From Eledone cirrhosa (lineage: Eukaryota): a DNA stretch of 64,000 nucleotides. The first letter of the stretch is position 1. Every line of letters begins with the position of its first letter. Positions 27,257-40,417 of this stretch are shown one piece after another. The stretch covers positions 69,812,001 to 69,876,000 of the forward strand of contig OZ024746.1 of NCBI GenBank assembly GCA_964016885.1. The letters are read 5' to 3'. The notes beneath the pieces are model-generated. The model worked only from the letters and a program-made list of their open reading frames with translations. It was not told where the DNA came from and ran no database searches. Made by a program: the position numbers and the translations under genes.

Positions 27257-27797
27257 TAAAATTTTGCACGACGGCGTATGCAAGTTCACAACAGACAGAT
27301 TGGAACAGAACGTGTGTTGGATTAATGTATCATTCATTAACAATTGATTCTTTACTTCTGTTTCCCAGATCTAGTCTAACGAAACCAATTCAAATCGTTC
27401 AACAAAATTAACATTCTATCAAAGCTTTCGTAAAACAATTTCCCAATTCATGTGATTTATAACGAATTCATTCAATTTTTCAATACAAAATAGGATTCAA
27501 CACTAGGAAGAAAATAAAAATATAAGAACAAATATAAAATACCTTTTGATTTATTTTAAACATGATTTGTACGTTGAAGATTTGTTATAAATGTTATAAT
27601 CTAGTAATTCGAATGCATGAAAACTCACAGTAACGACTACTGCTGCATATACAACAATGTTCAGAAAGCAAACATGTGACACATGTTTGACATTTCATAT
27701 ATATATATATATATGTTATTTATGTATATATTTAAAACAAATAAATTCTTTGACACACACACACATATATAGGTGTGTGTATATATATATATATATA

Positions 27798-27875
<78 letters not shown>

Positions 27876-27970
27876 TGTAAAAGGTAAAAGGTAAACAGAA
27901 ATAACAACACAATCGGTACAGTATATAGAAAGGATATATTAGGTTAACGCTTGATGTAGCAGGAAGAGGG

Positions 27971-28006
27971 TCTTAACGTTTCGGACGATAGTCCTTCATC
28001 AGAAGA
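27971..28006 (-). ncRNA. Minimal type I hammerhead ribozyme downstream of GPCR 28358-29371
   Basis: UCUU-CUGAUGA-A GGAC uauc GUCC-GAAA-CG-UU-AAGA. Confidence 0.82.
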
Positions 28007-28357
28007 AAGAATGAGAACTAAGATAGATTGAGGGGACGGGCGGGTTGGAATTGGAAAAAAATGTCCTTAGATAAAAATAACAGGTCCATTCATATTGACA
28101 TCTCTTCGGGAAACAACTTATAGTTTCAGATTTTTATATGAAAGAAGATTATAGAATCAAGAGAAACCGATGAAGGACGTGTTCTAAAAAGATGTCCGAC
28201 ATTGGCAACTGAGCAACAGTACAGAAACATCGTTAGCACATGTTTTGAGGAATATAGGATAAGATTTATGACAGTTTCTATAACGCGAGGAGCAAGAAAT
28301 ACAGTCACAATTGACTTAATAATGTTCTTAATCACAGCATACACCATACTCTCCCTT

Positions 28358-29371
28358 CTACGAAGTATCTTCTTGTGTTGTATCTGTACTGGAAGCACGC
28401 GTAAATACTTTTATATTGAAAAATACTTTTAAAACTTTCAAGAATTCATTTCGAAAACGAGTGTTTAACATACCATAAACGATAGGGTTTAAAGAACTGT
28501 TGAGAATAAATAACCTGATGCCGAATTGTCGGAGTGTCTCAATTGGTGGCGATAATATAATATCTTGATAAAGAGGATAGGTTATACCTAAAAGCAAAGA
28601 AGGAATAAAGCTGATCACAAACAATACAGTGATACTTGCTATGATGTGATTAATTTGTCGGGATGTTTTCTTCTTTTCTGAAAAAGTCCTTCTAAAATCT
28701 TTTCGTTCGTCTTTTTGTGAAGAGGTGCTTCTTTCAGTTACACGTCGATTAGCTTGTCGACTGACTAAAATATAAAGAACAGACATCACAGCTAATATCA
28801 ATACGTTGAAAACAAATAGTCCAATAAAATATTGCTGTAGTTTTGAATATGGCACAATGTACATACAAATGGACATGTCCTTGTTGTCAATCCTCTTGAA
28901 ATATAACATTGGTGGTATGGTTATCAAAATTGCAATAATATTAATGGGGATGGCCGATATTTTAGCATGGAATATTTTAAGTTGTCGTTTGTTAAACCGG
29001 CAAATTTTGTTGTATCGTTCTAGAGAAATAGCCAAAAGAGTCAGTTCAGACGAAGTACAAGTAAAAAAAATCATAAATTTATCCAATTTGCAAAGTATGT
29101 TACTTGGATAGTTTAGCGAATATAATATAGATATCACTTCAAGAGGGACACCAAATAAACAACTCATGCTATCATAAATAGCCAAGAGAAATATGAATGC
29201 ATTCAAAGGTGATTTCTTGAGACGACATCCATAGATATATAAAACAATTATGTTTCCGAATACTCCAATCGGCATCATTATCATTAAGAATACCAAGGCA
29301 GGTCGTTTTGTAGATAACGGATCACTTTCAACATTACTTTGTGTGTCATTATTTTCTGAGTATTCCATCAC
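28358..29371 (-). CDS. Intronless class A (rhodopsin-like) orphan GPCR, 337 aa
   Basis: 7 hydrophobic segments, GN in TM1, D in TM2, C at start of TM3, ERY, FIP in TM6, NPIVY in TM7, N-terminal NxT sequon. Confidence 0.93.
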   Translation of the reverse strand: MMEYSENNDTQSNVESDPLSTKRPALVFLMIMMPIGVFGNIIVLYIYGCRLKKSPLNAFIFLLAIYDSMSCLFGVPLEVISILYSLNYPSNILCKLDKFMIFFTCTSSELTLLAISLERYNKICRFNKRQLKIFHAKISAIPINIIAILITIPPMLYFKRIDNKDMSICMYIVPYSKLQQYFIGLFVFNVLILAVMSVLYILVSRQANRRVTERSTSSQKDERKDFRRTFSEKKKTSRQINHIIASITVLFVISFIPSLLLGITYPLYQDIILSPPIETLRQFGIRLFILNSSLNPIVYGMLNTRFRNEFLKVLKVFFNIKVFTRASSTDTTQEDTS

Positions 29372-31029
29372 GTGTAAATATTCATAAATAATAAAAAAAA
29401 AAATGAATAAAATATTTCACAGAATGTTAAGTCACGACAAAGAAAATAAATGTGTTTCACTGATGAAGACTGTAAGAGAGGCTGTAAAACTTAGTGTTAA
29501 ATAAGTGACAAAACAATATACTGAAGTCTTAACTAAAGTCTCAACTGGGATGGAGAAACAGACAGTAAAAAGCAGACGTACTTCCTCAAATAATAATAAT
29601 GCATATGTCGAAGGAAAGGTGCAGATGAAGCAATTTTATTGTAAACAACGGCTTATGAATGAAATCTTTGTCTGCTATTTTCCTGCCACAGGAAATAAGA
29701 CGAGAAATCTCGGTTTTAAAGAAAATGAAGAAATGAATTTCAAAAAAACAAAAAAACAGGAGTGCTAAAATGTCAATGTTTACATTAATCTAATACACAG
29801 ATGTATCGTAGAGTTTAGAGAATGGAAATATAGCATGCTAACATATGCTTATATAGACCTATATACAATTCACATATAATCCATAGTTGCTAGATGGATA
29901 ATGATTTGCTGGTACATATGATAAACGAAAGAAACAAGCGGAGAAGACTCGTCTAACTCTTGCAAGCATGGAAAAATAATATATAAATGATGATGGTCCG
30001 TGAAACATATACATATACACCAGGTCCGAACACAAAGGAACCAAACTCCCACTGTCACTGCCTCCGTCTTTCCCGCTTTCCCCATCTCTCACTATTCTGA
30101 GCAAATGGGGGCACACGCGTTGGCCGCCCCGCGGCCCCGACCGACAGAATAGAGAAGGAATTTCCCTGGAGGATGGTGAGAGAGACGCGCTGGAAGATCA
30201 ATTCCATCTCGCGGGGCTCATGGACAACAAGCAAGTTGTGGATGATGTTACTGTTCATAACCGCAATTTGAATTTGGGATACTTAATATTTTAAATGTTT
30301 AAAGGTAAGAAACTTATAGGATATCATATTAAATTATCAATCAAGACAATGAGAACTGATCATAATAACAGTCTTACACACACACGATTAGCAATAGCAC
30401 TCATACAGCGTGGTTCAGAACATATGCTTATATAGACCTATATACAATGTTTATATATAATAAACACACTAATTAGTCCAGATTATCCACCTACACACAG
30501 GTAAAAAACATTTCAATTAAATCTAATCACGATTGCTCACCTACACACAGGAGAAAACACTTTAGTTATGTCGAGTCCGAACACACTACATTTCAACTCA
30601 TCAACCATATTTAATATTTTTCTCAAGAATCACAAAATTCACATATAATCCATATTCTCTGAACAAAAGTACTTTCTTTTTTTTTTCTGTGTATTTCTTG
30701 TGTTACTAAAACTAAAAATCTGCCAATCGAGGAGCTTTTGGAAGAGTGTCCTCAATTTTTTTTCCCCACACATATTGGGTGCGTTTCACTCTTCTGTCTG
30801 GTATAGTGTAGTTGTCGGTTGCGACGATCTTGTTTATGGACAGTTCATGGTATTTTATCTGTTTCTTAGAAACTTTCTGACAGAGTTGGTTTTATGTGAT
30901 CGTGATCTAATTATTGTCAGTATCTATATCTAATACTGACGACTGCCATCTAATTGTCCTTGAAACCTATACCCTATGGTGGTTTTAGTCATCAATTTAA
31001 GTCATCCATATACAGGAGATTGTTGGTGG

Positions 31030-31087
31030 GATATTTGTGTGTGCGTGTGTGTCTGAGTGTGTGCGTGCGTGTATGTGTATGTGTGAT

Positions 31088-31144
<57 letters not shown>

Positions 31145-32338
31145 ACCATCCATCTGCAAGTACACACACACATACACTCTCTCTCTCACACACACACACA
31201 CTTAGCAATAGTATAAATACACTCACGCACACACCTACACTGGTACATATAAAATCAACCACACAGCCCCCCCCCCCCACACAATCAAATAAACACTGCC
31301 TTGCACACACACACATACACACATTCCCCACGTACACACACACACACACGCACGCAACTTAAATACAGTCACACACACACACACATATCCACCACCTACA
31401 CACTCATGTAAACACGACACGTGAACACTCCTACATCTATGTAATTGACATCCTTGAGATGTTTTGGACGAGATAACACATACACACACACATACACATA
31501 CATACACACATACACACACATACACACACACACATACATACACATACACACATATACACACATATACACACACACGGATACACATACACACATATACACA
31601 CGCACACACATACACACATACACACACTGATACACATACACACATACACACACACACATACACACACACACACACGGATACACACACACACATACACACA
31701 CACACATACATACACACACACACACATACGGATACACACACACACGGATACACACATATATACACACAACACACATACACACATATACACACATACACAC
31801 ACGCGGATACACACATACACACAAACACACACACACACACGGATACACACACATATATACACACATACACATTCACATATACATGTACACACACACTCAT
31901 ACACACGCATACGCATACATACACATACGCAGCTGCACACATACATACATACATGGACACATATACACATACATATACAGACGCATACACACACACATAT
32001 ATACACATAAATACACACACACATATATATACATAAATACACACACATATATATATACATAAATACACACATATATATACATAAATACAAACATGTCTGT
32101 ATATATATATATGTGTATGTGTATATATATGTGTGTATGAGTATATATATATATATATGTATATATGTGTGTGAGTGTGTGTGTATGTGTGTATATATAT
32201 ATATGTATATATGTGTGTGTGTGTGTAAACATGTGTGTATGTGCATGCGTATATCTGTGCAAGTACACACAAATACGCCCCCCCACACACATATATATTG
32301 TAGCAATGATTAATATATAATTACTTACAGCAACAACA

Positions 32339-32382
<44 letters not shown>

Positions 32383-32440
32383 TACTGGTGCTGTGGCTAC
32401 TATTATTACTACTACCACCACCACTACCACCACCACCACC

Positions 32441-32518
<78 letters not shown>

Positions 32519-32569
32519 GGTGCTGCGGCTACTATTATTATTACTACTACCAGCCACACCACCACCACC

Positions 32570-32623
<54 letters not shown>

Positions 32624-32663
32624 GCTGCTACTGCTGCTACTACTACTACTACTACTGCAGCTG

Positions 32664-32709
<46 letters not shown>

Positions 32710-32770
32710 CACTACCACCACCACCACCACCACCACCACCACCATCACCACTATTACTGCTGCTGTTGCT
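31030..32770. repeat. Compound microsatellite block (GT, GA, CA/TA, then CTA/CCA)
   Basis: Directly visible; explains the low-complexity ORFs here. Confidence 0.95.
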
Positions 32771-33616
32771 TGAGTAATGGTATTGTAACCAGCTTGGTTC
32801 AACAAAGGGTGGCAATTCAAACTTTCTACACCATTGTTCTTTAGTTATTTCCCCTTTATTTGTTTTTTAAAATAGTTTCATAATAAAATTTAATGACAAA
32901 AAAAAAACAAAAAAACAACAATAATAATGCTAAAAAGACGATGAAAAAATTTCCAGTAAAAATAAAAAATAAATATGGGGGCGGGGTAATGAGGAGGAAA
33001 ATCTACTCCCTTAAGTGCACAGTATATCTTAGCTGTTTAATATTCATACTTTATACTATACAAGGGTTGGCTGAAAACGTTCATAGGTTGAAAAGTTCAT
33101 AGGCTGACCGAGACACTCTTATGGAATGCCCAAATGTGGTTTATTTTTCAACATAGTCCCTAGAAAGAAACAATAGAGTTATTAATAAGAATCCTTAACG
33201 CACGTCTCAGTGAGATTTAACGTGACACGGTGTGTGACAATGCTGACCTTTCGAATAAAATATCAAATCTATTTTAGAGTCATTCTTTAATGTACAGGGT
33301 GGTCTGAAGTCTTGTCACCCCTACATATTGTTTTAACTTTCATTATTTTGCTCTTACGGGATCGATAAAATAAAGTACCAGTAATGTACTGGGATAATTG
33401 CTGGCCTTGTGCCAAAAGTAGAAACAATTATTTTGCTGTGACGCATAGAGTTACGGCCATTGCCATTCTGAGTTCAAATCCCGCCGAGGTTAACTTTGCC
33501 TTTCATCCTTACGGGGTCGATAAAATAAAGTACCAGTAATGCACTAGGTAATTGCTGGCCTTGTGCCAAAAGTAGAAACAATTATTATAATATATAATAT
33601 CATTAATTATAATAGA

Positions 33617-33806
33617 TAATTGTTTCTACTTTTGGCACAAGGCCAGCAATAACCCAGTGTATTACTGGTACTTTATTTTATCGACCCCGTAAGGATGAAA
33701 AGCAAAGTTAACCTCGGCGGGATTTGAACTCAGAATGGCAAGGGCCGTAACTCTATGCGTCAAAGCACGGCGTCCGACCCTCTACTGATACTGCCAATCC
33801 ACCGCC
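33617..33806 (-). mobile_element. tRNA-derived SINE with Nin/Deu-like core, full length
   Basis: A-box-like TGGCAGTATCAGTAG, B box GAGTTCAAATCCC, core GCCTTTCATCCTTACGGGGTCGATAAAATAAAGTACCAG; other copies at about 7700-7881(-), 16231-16390(-), 18930-19110(+), 33350-33585(+), 63310-63595(-, two in tandem). Confidence 0.8.
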
Positions 33807-33814
33807 ATATATAA

Positions 33815-34387
33815 TCTATATATATAAAACTGAGGATGTCTGTCTGTGTGTGAGTTTGAATCCCTAAAACTAGAGAAGCACCCAACCGACTGTTTTCAAA
33901 CTTTATACATGTCATACTTATGTTTCAGGGAGTGTTCTGAGCAAAAATAATTTTAAATTTTCAATGCCCTAGAGACCGCATTGGGCGATTTAGTGATCTT
34001 TCTCTTTTTAGATAGATAGATACATATAACGTCACGCCCTTATAGTATCTGTCTGTATGTCTGGCTGTCTGCATTTCGTCACTTCCTACAATTCGCTCTG
34101 CGTCCAGAACGCGCCCTTATAATATCCGTCTGTATGTCTTGTCTGGCTGTCTGCTGCATCCGGTTATTCTGCCACCCTTGCTCAAGACAAATCTCACACT
34201 CATTCCACAAACAGTTGGTAAGTGCACACAACTTCTTCCTCACGTTTTAAGCCACAGTGTTGCTTACTTACGTACCACCAGACCCTTACTTCTTTGACAG
34301 CCGTGGTTGTGGCAATACTAAGCTTAGCTAAGGCGGTTATATATTTCACAATACCTTATCCCGTGCAACGCCGGGTACCACTGCTAG
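33815..34387 (+). mobile_element. Non-autonomous Helitron
   Basis: A|TC 5' end, (GTCT)-type microsatellite near the 5' end, GC hairpin CCCG...CGGG before CTAG|T. Confidence 0.8.
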
Positions 34388-35302
34388 TATATAATAATAA
34401 TAATATCATTTTCTTATAATATATAAAAACAATAATATAATTTTCTAATAATATATAATATAATTTTCTTTTTGATAGGGGTGTAGTAATGATAATGGGG
34501 CTGATAAATGTGTCTGAGCACTGAAAAGCCGAACTCCCACTGTCATCGCCTCCATCTTTTTCACCCTCCCCATCTCTCTGTATTATGACCAAATGGGGTC
34601 CCATCGCTGGCCGCCCCACGGCCCCAGGTAAAACTAATTTGTTCAGATGAGTGGGCTGGAGTGTCTTGATTACGGGCACCGTGTCCTCGAGAATCGAACT
34701 GGTGATCTTAATATTGTGAGTCGAAGAACAGCCCCATCACCTACTCACTCGTCTTCACACACACACACATAAGCACATACACACATAGCATCTTTATATC
34801 AAATTTGTTTCACTAGTCGATGTTAGAAAAAGAAAGAACGAGAAATATTAAATAGCGGCGTATGCGCATTTTTATTTTATATTTTTAATTATTGTATGTC
34901 TACCCTGCCTTGCATAGGTTATAGATTCCATATACTGGTGGTTTCCCTGTTTTATTGATGGCACACGCTCTCTCGCTCTCTCTCTCTAGTGTGTTACCTT
35001 TTCTACATATTGTATTTTAAAGAGCCCAGGATTCCTTTTCCTTTGAGCACATAATTTACAGGGAATAAGGAGAGTCTATGGCTCCGTTAATTTATCTTGA
35101 TATTTCGCTCCTTATAACAGTCTTTCCTCTCGCTCTGTTTGGTTGAGCACATCTCTTTGAGTGGTTTTGGGCTGTCATTTCTAGCAGCTCGTCCGTCAGA
35201 TACCACTGGTTCACTGTCCTATGCACGCTGTCACATCTCTCTGCCGCGTGTTGCAGGACGGCTATCTTATATTTTCTTAGAGTTGTCTGGAGTGTATTTG
35301 TC

Positions 35303-35401
35303 TAACACACGCTGATGAACCATAGGCGCTTCCATAGGCGCTTTCATTTCAGTCAATAATTTCTTGGTGAAACAGATCTCTTTGGATTTGTATGTGTGTT
35401 A
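35303..35401 (+). ncRNA. Type I hammerhead ribozyme, complete, long helices I and III
   Basis: UAACACACG-CUGAUGA-ACCA...UGGU-GAAA-CAGAUCU/GGAUUUG-UA-UGUGUGUUA. Confidence 0.88.
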
Positions 35402-35641
35402 TATAGTTATAGAGGTGCGTATGCGCATTTTTTAAATATTTTTAATTATTGTGTGTCTACCCTACCTTCCATAGGTTATAGATTCCATACACTGGTGGTT
35501 TCCCTGTTTTATGGATGGCACACGCTCTCTCTAGTGTGTTACCCTTTCTACATATTGTATTTTAAAGAGCTCAGGATTCCTTCTCCTTTGAGCACATAAT
35601 TTACAGGGAATAACGAGAGTCTATGGCTCCGTTAATTTATC

Positions 35642-35757
<116 letters not shown>

Positions 35758-35842
35758 CATACATATATATATATCAAAGGAAAACTTGAACCGTTAAGGT
35801 ATATTCTCCTTTGTTATGTCAAAATTTATAAAACACACTTCG

Positions 35843-35903
35843 TATTTTATCTGATGATAGCGTACCAAAATTTTGGTACCCTTGAAATATATATAATAAA
35901 ATA
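35843..35903 (+). ncRNA. Type I hammerhead ribozyme (family of 8864)
   Basis: UAUUUUAU/AUAAAAUA 8-bp helix I, CUGAUGA, GUACCAA../..UUGGUAC, GAAA-UAUAUA-UA. Confidence 0.75.
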
Positions 35904-36153
35904 AATATGGTTTTATAAATATAGTTTCCATTATTTAATATCATTGTATATTATACTCCAGAAAACTTGTCGAGTGCTCTGAATCAGTTATAAACATTTA
36001 GATTTGTTGAATTACCAACAAATTGAATATCCCTTCTGCTTACACACACACACATATATATATATAATGAAAAATTGAACGGGAACAAAACAGAGAGGCA
36101 GTACAACAAATGTTTATTAATTTCACGCTCTTGAGAGTGGGGTGGTGGTGGGG

Positions 36154-36187
36154 AACGACGTTTCGGGCATAAGCCCTTCTTCAGGTG
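36154..36187 (-). ncRNA. Minimal hammerhead motif with weak helix I; decayed family member at 6596-6629(+)
   Basis: CUGAAGA-A GGGC uuau GCCC-GAAA-CG-UC. Confidence 0.65.
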
Positions 36188-36558
36188 AAAAGTGTGTGGG
36201 AAGAGAGTTCAAAGGGTGTGTAGGGGAGTGGTGGAGAGACATATACATACATATATAATATATATATATATATATAAGTATAAGAGTGTGTGTTTTTGCG
36301 AGTGTGTGGGAGTGGGGGCTTTATATGTGTAAACCTGTAAATATGCTTGTAGACACCTGACCAAAAGTACTGTTAGCTTAAGTGAACCATAAAAATGAGA
36401 AGTGGCACCTCAGAGTGAACCTCTCTATAGAATTCTTTCAGCCTTTGTTATTCTAAATATAGTTTTTTAAGAATTCCCTTTTCTGTAAACCCATCCCAAT
36501 TACCACACTCTCCTAACACCAGAAAATATATAAATACTACCATATTATTTGGACAGCC

Positions 36559-36609
36559 AGCTTCCTGATGATTTCTCCCGAATGAAACAGTTCTAGTCCT
36601 GTATAAGCT
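36559..36609 (+). ncRNA. Type I hammerhead motif
   Basis: AGCUUC-CUGAUGA-UUUC..GAAU-GAAA-CAG..CUG-UA-UAAGCU (one helix I mismatch). Confidence 0.65.
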
Positions 36610-36625
36610 TCTCTCTCTCACTCTC

Positions 36626-36703
<78 letters not shown>

Positions 36704-36734
36704 AGTGTTTTTTAACCTTCATATCATGTCTTCC

Positions 36735-36805
36735 TATTTTATCTGATGAAAACACAAATATTATTGCATGATGATGTTTGTTTATGAAATGCGCATAATA
36801 AAATA
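36735..36805 (+). ncRNA. Type I hammerhead motif with long helix II
   Basis: UAUUUUAU-CUGAUGA...GAAA-UGCGCA-UA-AUAAAAUA. Confidence 0.75.
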
Positions 36806-36841
36806 CATGGAACTCTTTTAACCATCTTTTGATCTTATATA

Positions 36842-36979
<138 letters not shown>

Positions 36980-37165
36980 GGTAAACGGAATAGAAAATGC
37001 TGACAAATTGTTCACAGTTGAAAAATGGTTTAATTAGGAATAAAAGAGTATTAGTGATTGTATGGGTTAGTATTCAGTTGTGGTTTTAAGTTTTTAAGTT
37101 TTTACCGGTTGCGCATTTCTAAATGCTTTTCAAAAATAATTTTGAGATAGAGTGTCCGTGCTGTT

Positions 37166-37241
<76 letters not shown>

Positions 37242-37691
37242 AACAGCACGGACATATATATATATATATAAGAACAAACAAACAGACATATGTGTTTGGA
37301 GTTTTTTAAAATCTTAGGTTTCCTACATGCAGTCAGACATTTTGCCTTATTTACGATGTTAATAAATTTACTGTAGATTGAAAAAGCGAGTCGAGAAAGA
37401 ATTAAGCAAAACAAAACAAATCAATCGTTGAGACTTTTATGGTAACTAGAAAGATAAAAAGAAAACATATATTCAGTGTTGCAAAAACAAAAACAACGAA
37501 ACTTAATTATCTGTGTATGTCACTGTTTTAGCTAATTACACACACACACACACATGTGTATATATATATATATATACACACATACATATATATATATAAA
37601 TATACACACACACACATATATATATGTGTGTATGTGTGTATGTGTGTATGTGTGTGTGTTTATATATATATTTATTAAAATAACAGATTAA

Positions 37692-37742
37692 AGTTTAAGC
37701 AAAGAATCGCTGCTTTCACCCTTAACGGGATCTTCTGAAACT
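37692..37742 (-). ncRNA. Hammerhead motif with CAGAAGA core variant; family copies at about 26572-26623 and 43194-43244
   Basis: AGUUU-CAGAAGA-UCCC guuaa GGGU-GAAA-GCAG..UUGC-UU-AAACU; the 43194 copy has CUGAAGA but a mutated UH site. Confidence 0.65.
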
Positions 37743-37943
37743 CACAAAGTCAATCTGTAAACGCAGAAGTGGATATTTCAAAAAAAAAGTTGCAACTGGA
37801 GGAAGACAGGAAGACGATACTTTGGTTCGTGGGAACGTTCCCTGGCAAAGAACGGGAAAATCGAATGGGAGCGGTGAAATTTTTGATATATATTTATCCT
37901 TATCGAGCCCTCTTTGGATTTTAGTCTTCAAATTTATTATTAT

Positions 37944-38015
<72 letters not shown>

Positions 38016-38032
38016 AAAGTATGATTTTTTCC

Positions 38033-38074
<42 letters not shown>

Positions 38075-38174
38075 GGAAAAAATCATACTTTTTCCTATTT
38101 CCCACACTACTACCCTAAGTATTGAGTACTCTGGTGCGTTATGGTCCATCTGGTTTCTTACCACAATTCCTTTG

Positions 38175-38259
<85 letters not shown>

Positions 38260-38517
38260 TATATACAAAGATTTATAAGTGGAGATAACCACTTATATTT
38301 GACAAAACAAGATGCTGGAGAGATTCATTTGTAGTTATGATTATCAGTCATGCAGATTAAATAAATGCAAGGTAATCCGAAAGATTGGAAAATGACCGGC
38401 ATCACCAAGTAACAGAGTATTAATATATATTTAAAGTAAATACCTTGCTTCTCTTTATAACTGAAATGTGCGTAGAGTAAAAAAAAATGTTTTAAATCCC
38501 CAAAAGCTCTATGTTTT

Positions 38518-38600
<83 letters not shown>

Positions 38601-38764
38601 AATTAATATATCTACCGACATATGTATACAGATGCATACCTACGCTAGCAGATATATATGTTTTGTCTTAGTAACTTTGTAGTTCTATGCAGGGGAATGC
38701 AGAACAATTATATGAAAGACGTAAATAAGAAAGTTATGAAAATTGACTTACTTACTAAAATTTC

Positions 38765-38843
38765 ACTCCAACTAATTAGTTTCTGTAAGGGGATAAATAC
38801 AGTTATGTAATACCTGTAGAGAAGCCTTACGTCATCAGGGAGT
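38765..38843 (-). ncRNA. Type I hammerhead ribozyme, complete
   Basis: ACUCC-CUGAUGA-C GUAAGG...CCUUAC A-GAAA-CUAAUUAG-UU-GGAGU. Confidence 0.85.
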
Positions 38844-39270
38844 CTATTCTCAGCTAAGCCACCAGGCAATGCGGGGACACTGGAAGCTTATATAACAATA
38901 ATTCAGTGGATGGAAAAAAGCGAAAAAAATCAAGCGGGGCTAGATTCTAAGCACTGAAAAATTCGCTGCCTCCTTGGTCAAGTGGCAAATTCAAAAGAAT
39001 TAATCACGTGACACTGAGGTTAACCAGCTTGGAGTAGGGGTGCTATTAAGACAGAGCCTAGCCACTACTATCAGTCACAGTAGTAATTTGGCAAATTTTG
39101 CTCAACAAATAATTTGGAGAAGTATTATAAAGAATTAATATATCTACCGACATATGTATACATATACTATATATATATAGTAATAATAATAAATTTGAAG
39201 ACTAAAATCCAAAGAGGGCTCGATAAGGATAAATATATATCAAATATATAAGAACCGTAGAGCAAATATT

Positions 39271-39383
39271 TATTAAAATAACAGATTAATGTTTAAGCAA
39301 AGAATCGCTGCTTTCACCCTTAAGATCCCGTTAAGGGTGAAAGCAGCGATTCTTTGCTTAAACTTTAATCTGTTATTTTAATA
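39271..39383. repeat. Fold-back of the 37692-type hammerhead family
   Basis: CACCCTTAA|GATCCCGTTAAGGGTGAAAGCAG junction. Confidence 0.9.
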
Positions 39384-39484
<101 letters not shown>

Positions 39485-40212
39485 TGTATGTCTGTATACA
39501 TGTATGTTATCTCTTTCTCTTAATTTCGAGTATATTTTTTTGACCGGCCACCTTCCTGGTGGCAAGGTTGTAAAAGAAAAGAAATTGTCATCCCTTGAAT
39601 CGCAAGAATTTTTTGCAAATTTTGAAGGTGCCAGCTATCGCAGCCATTTGTAGCCTATGAATTAGGGAGCTGCGCTCTTTGTCCGCAAATCCAAGTTCAG
39701 TCATACTTTGGTCCAAGCGGGTTGGTATATAACCCGTAGCTCCAATAATGATGGGTATGAAGCTAAAGGTGTATCTTGGATACTGGATTTGTAAACTCCT
39801 CTATGTATATATCTATTTATATATGTATGTATGTATACATGTATGTATGTATGTATTCATGTATGTATACATGTATGTATGTGTGTATGTATGTATGTAT
39901 GTATATATTTATGTATGTATATAAACATATATGTACACTTATACATACACGCATACATATATAGAGAGATAAAGAGGGGTGAGAGATTAGATATGATTGT
40001 CTTTAAAAACATTTTAATACATTATACATATGTGCATATACACACACACACACACATATATATATATAAGAAAGAACGTGTGATAAGGAACCAGGTGGAC
40101 CATAACGTACCTGAGTACTCGATATTTAGGGTCGCAGAGTGGGTAATAGGAAAAGATCCGGATCTAGCTGTCGAAACGGCCGGAGCTCAGCCGTCGGAGT
40201 CCTGACTCTTTT

Positions 40213-40332
<120 letters not shown>

Positions 40333-40417
40333 ATAATAATTGATGAAGACCAAATGCAAGCAATCCATCGTTACAGTTTCTCATTGAAATTAGATTTTCA
40401 TATTTGCTAGTTTCTGT

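Noticed and set aside
28166-28205. CCGATGA-AGGACGT...ATGTCC-GACA hammerhead-like remnant on the + strand
   Set aside because: Both core boxes are mutated and helices I and III are unconvincing.
29460-29500. CTGATGA just upstream of the first GPCR
   Set aside because: No correctly placed GAAA or pairing.
31235-32820. Long ORFs of 150-350 aa (poly CV/YI/TH/V/S/T)
   Set aside because: Translations of microsatellites; the same applies to most YIYI/THTH ORFs in the track.
33058-33320. Mariner/Tc1-like terminal sequences (also near 4710-4820)
   Set aside because: Only single degenerate ends visible, with no partner TIR or transposase to support a call.
33617-33806. Possible tRNA gene (A and B boxes)
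   Set aside because: No cloverleaf; multi-copy with a SINE core and tail.
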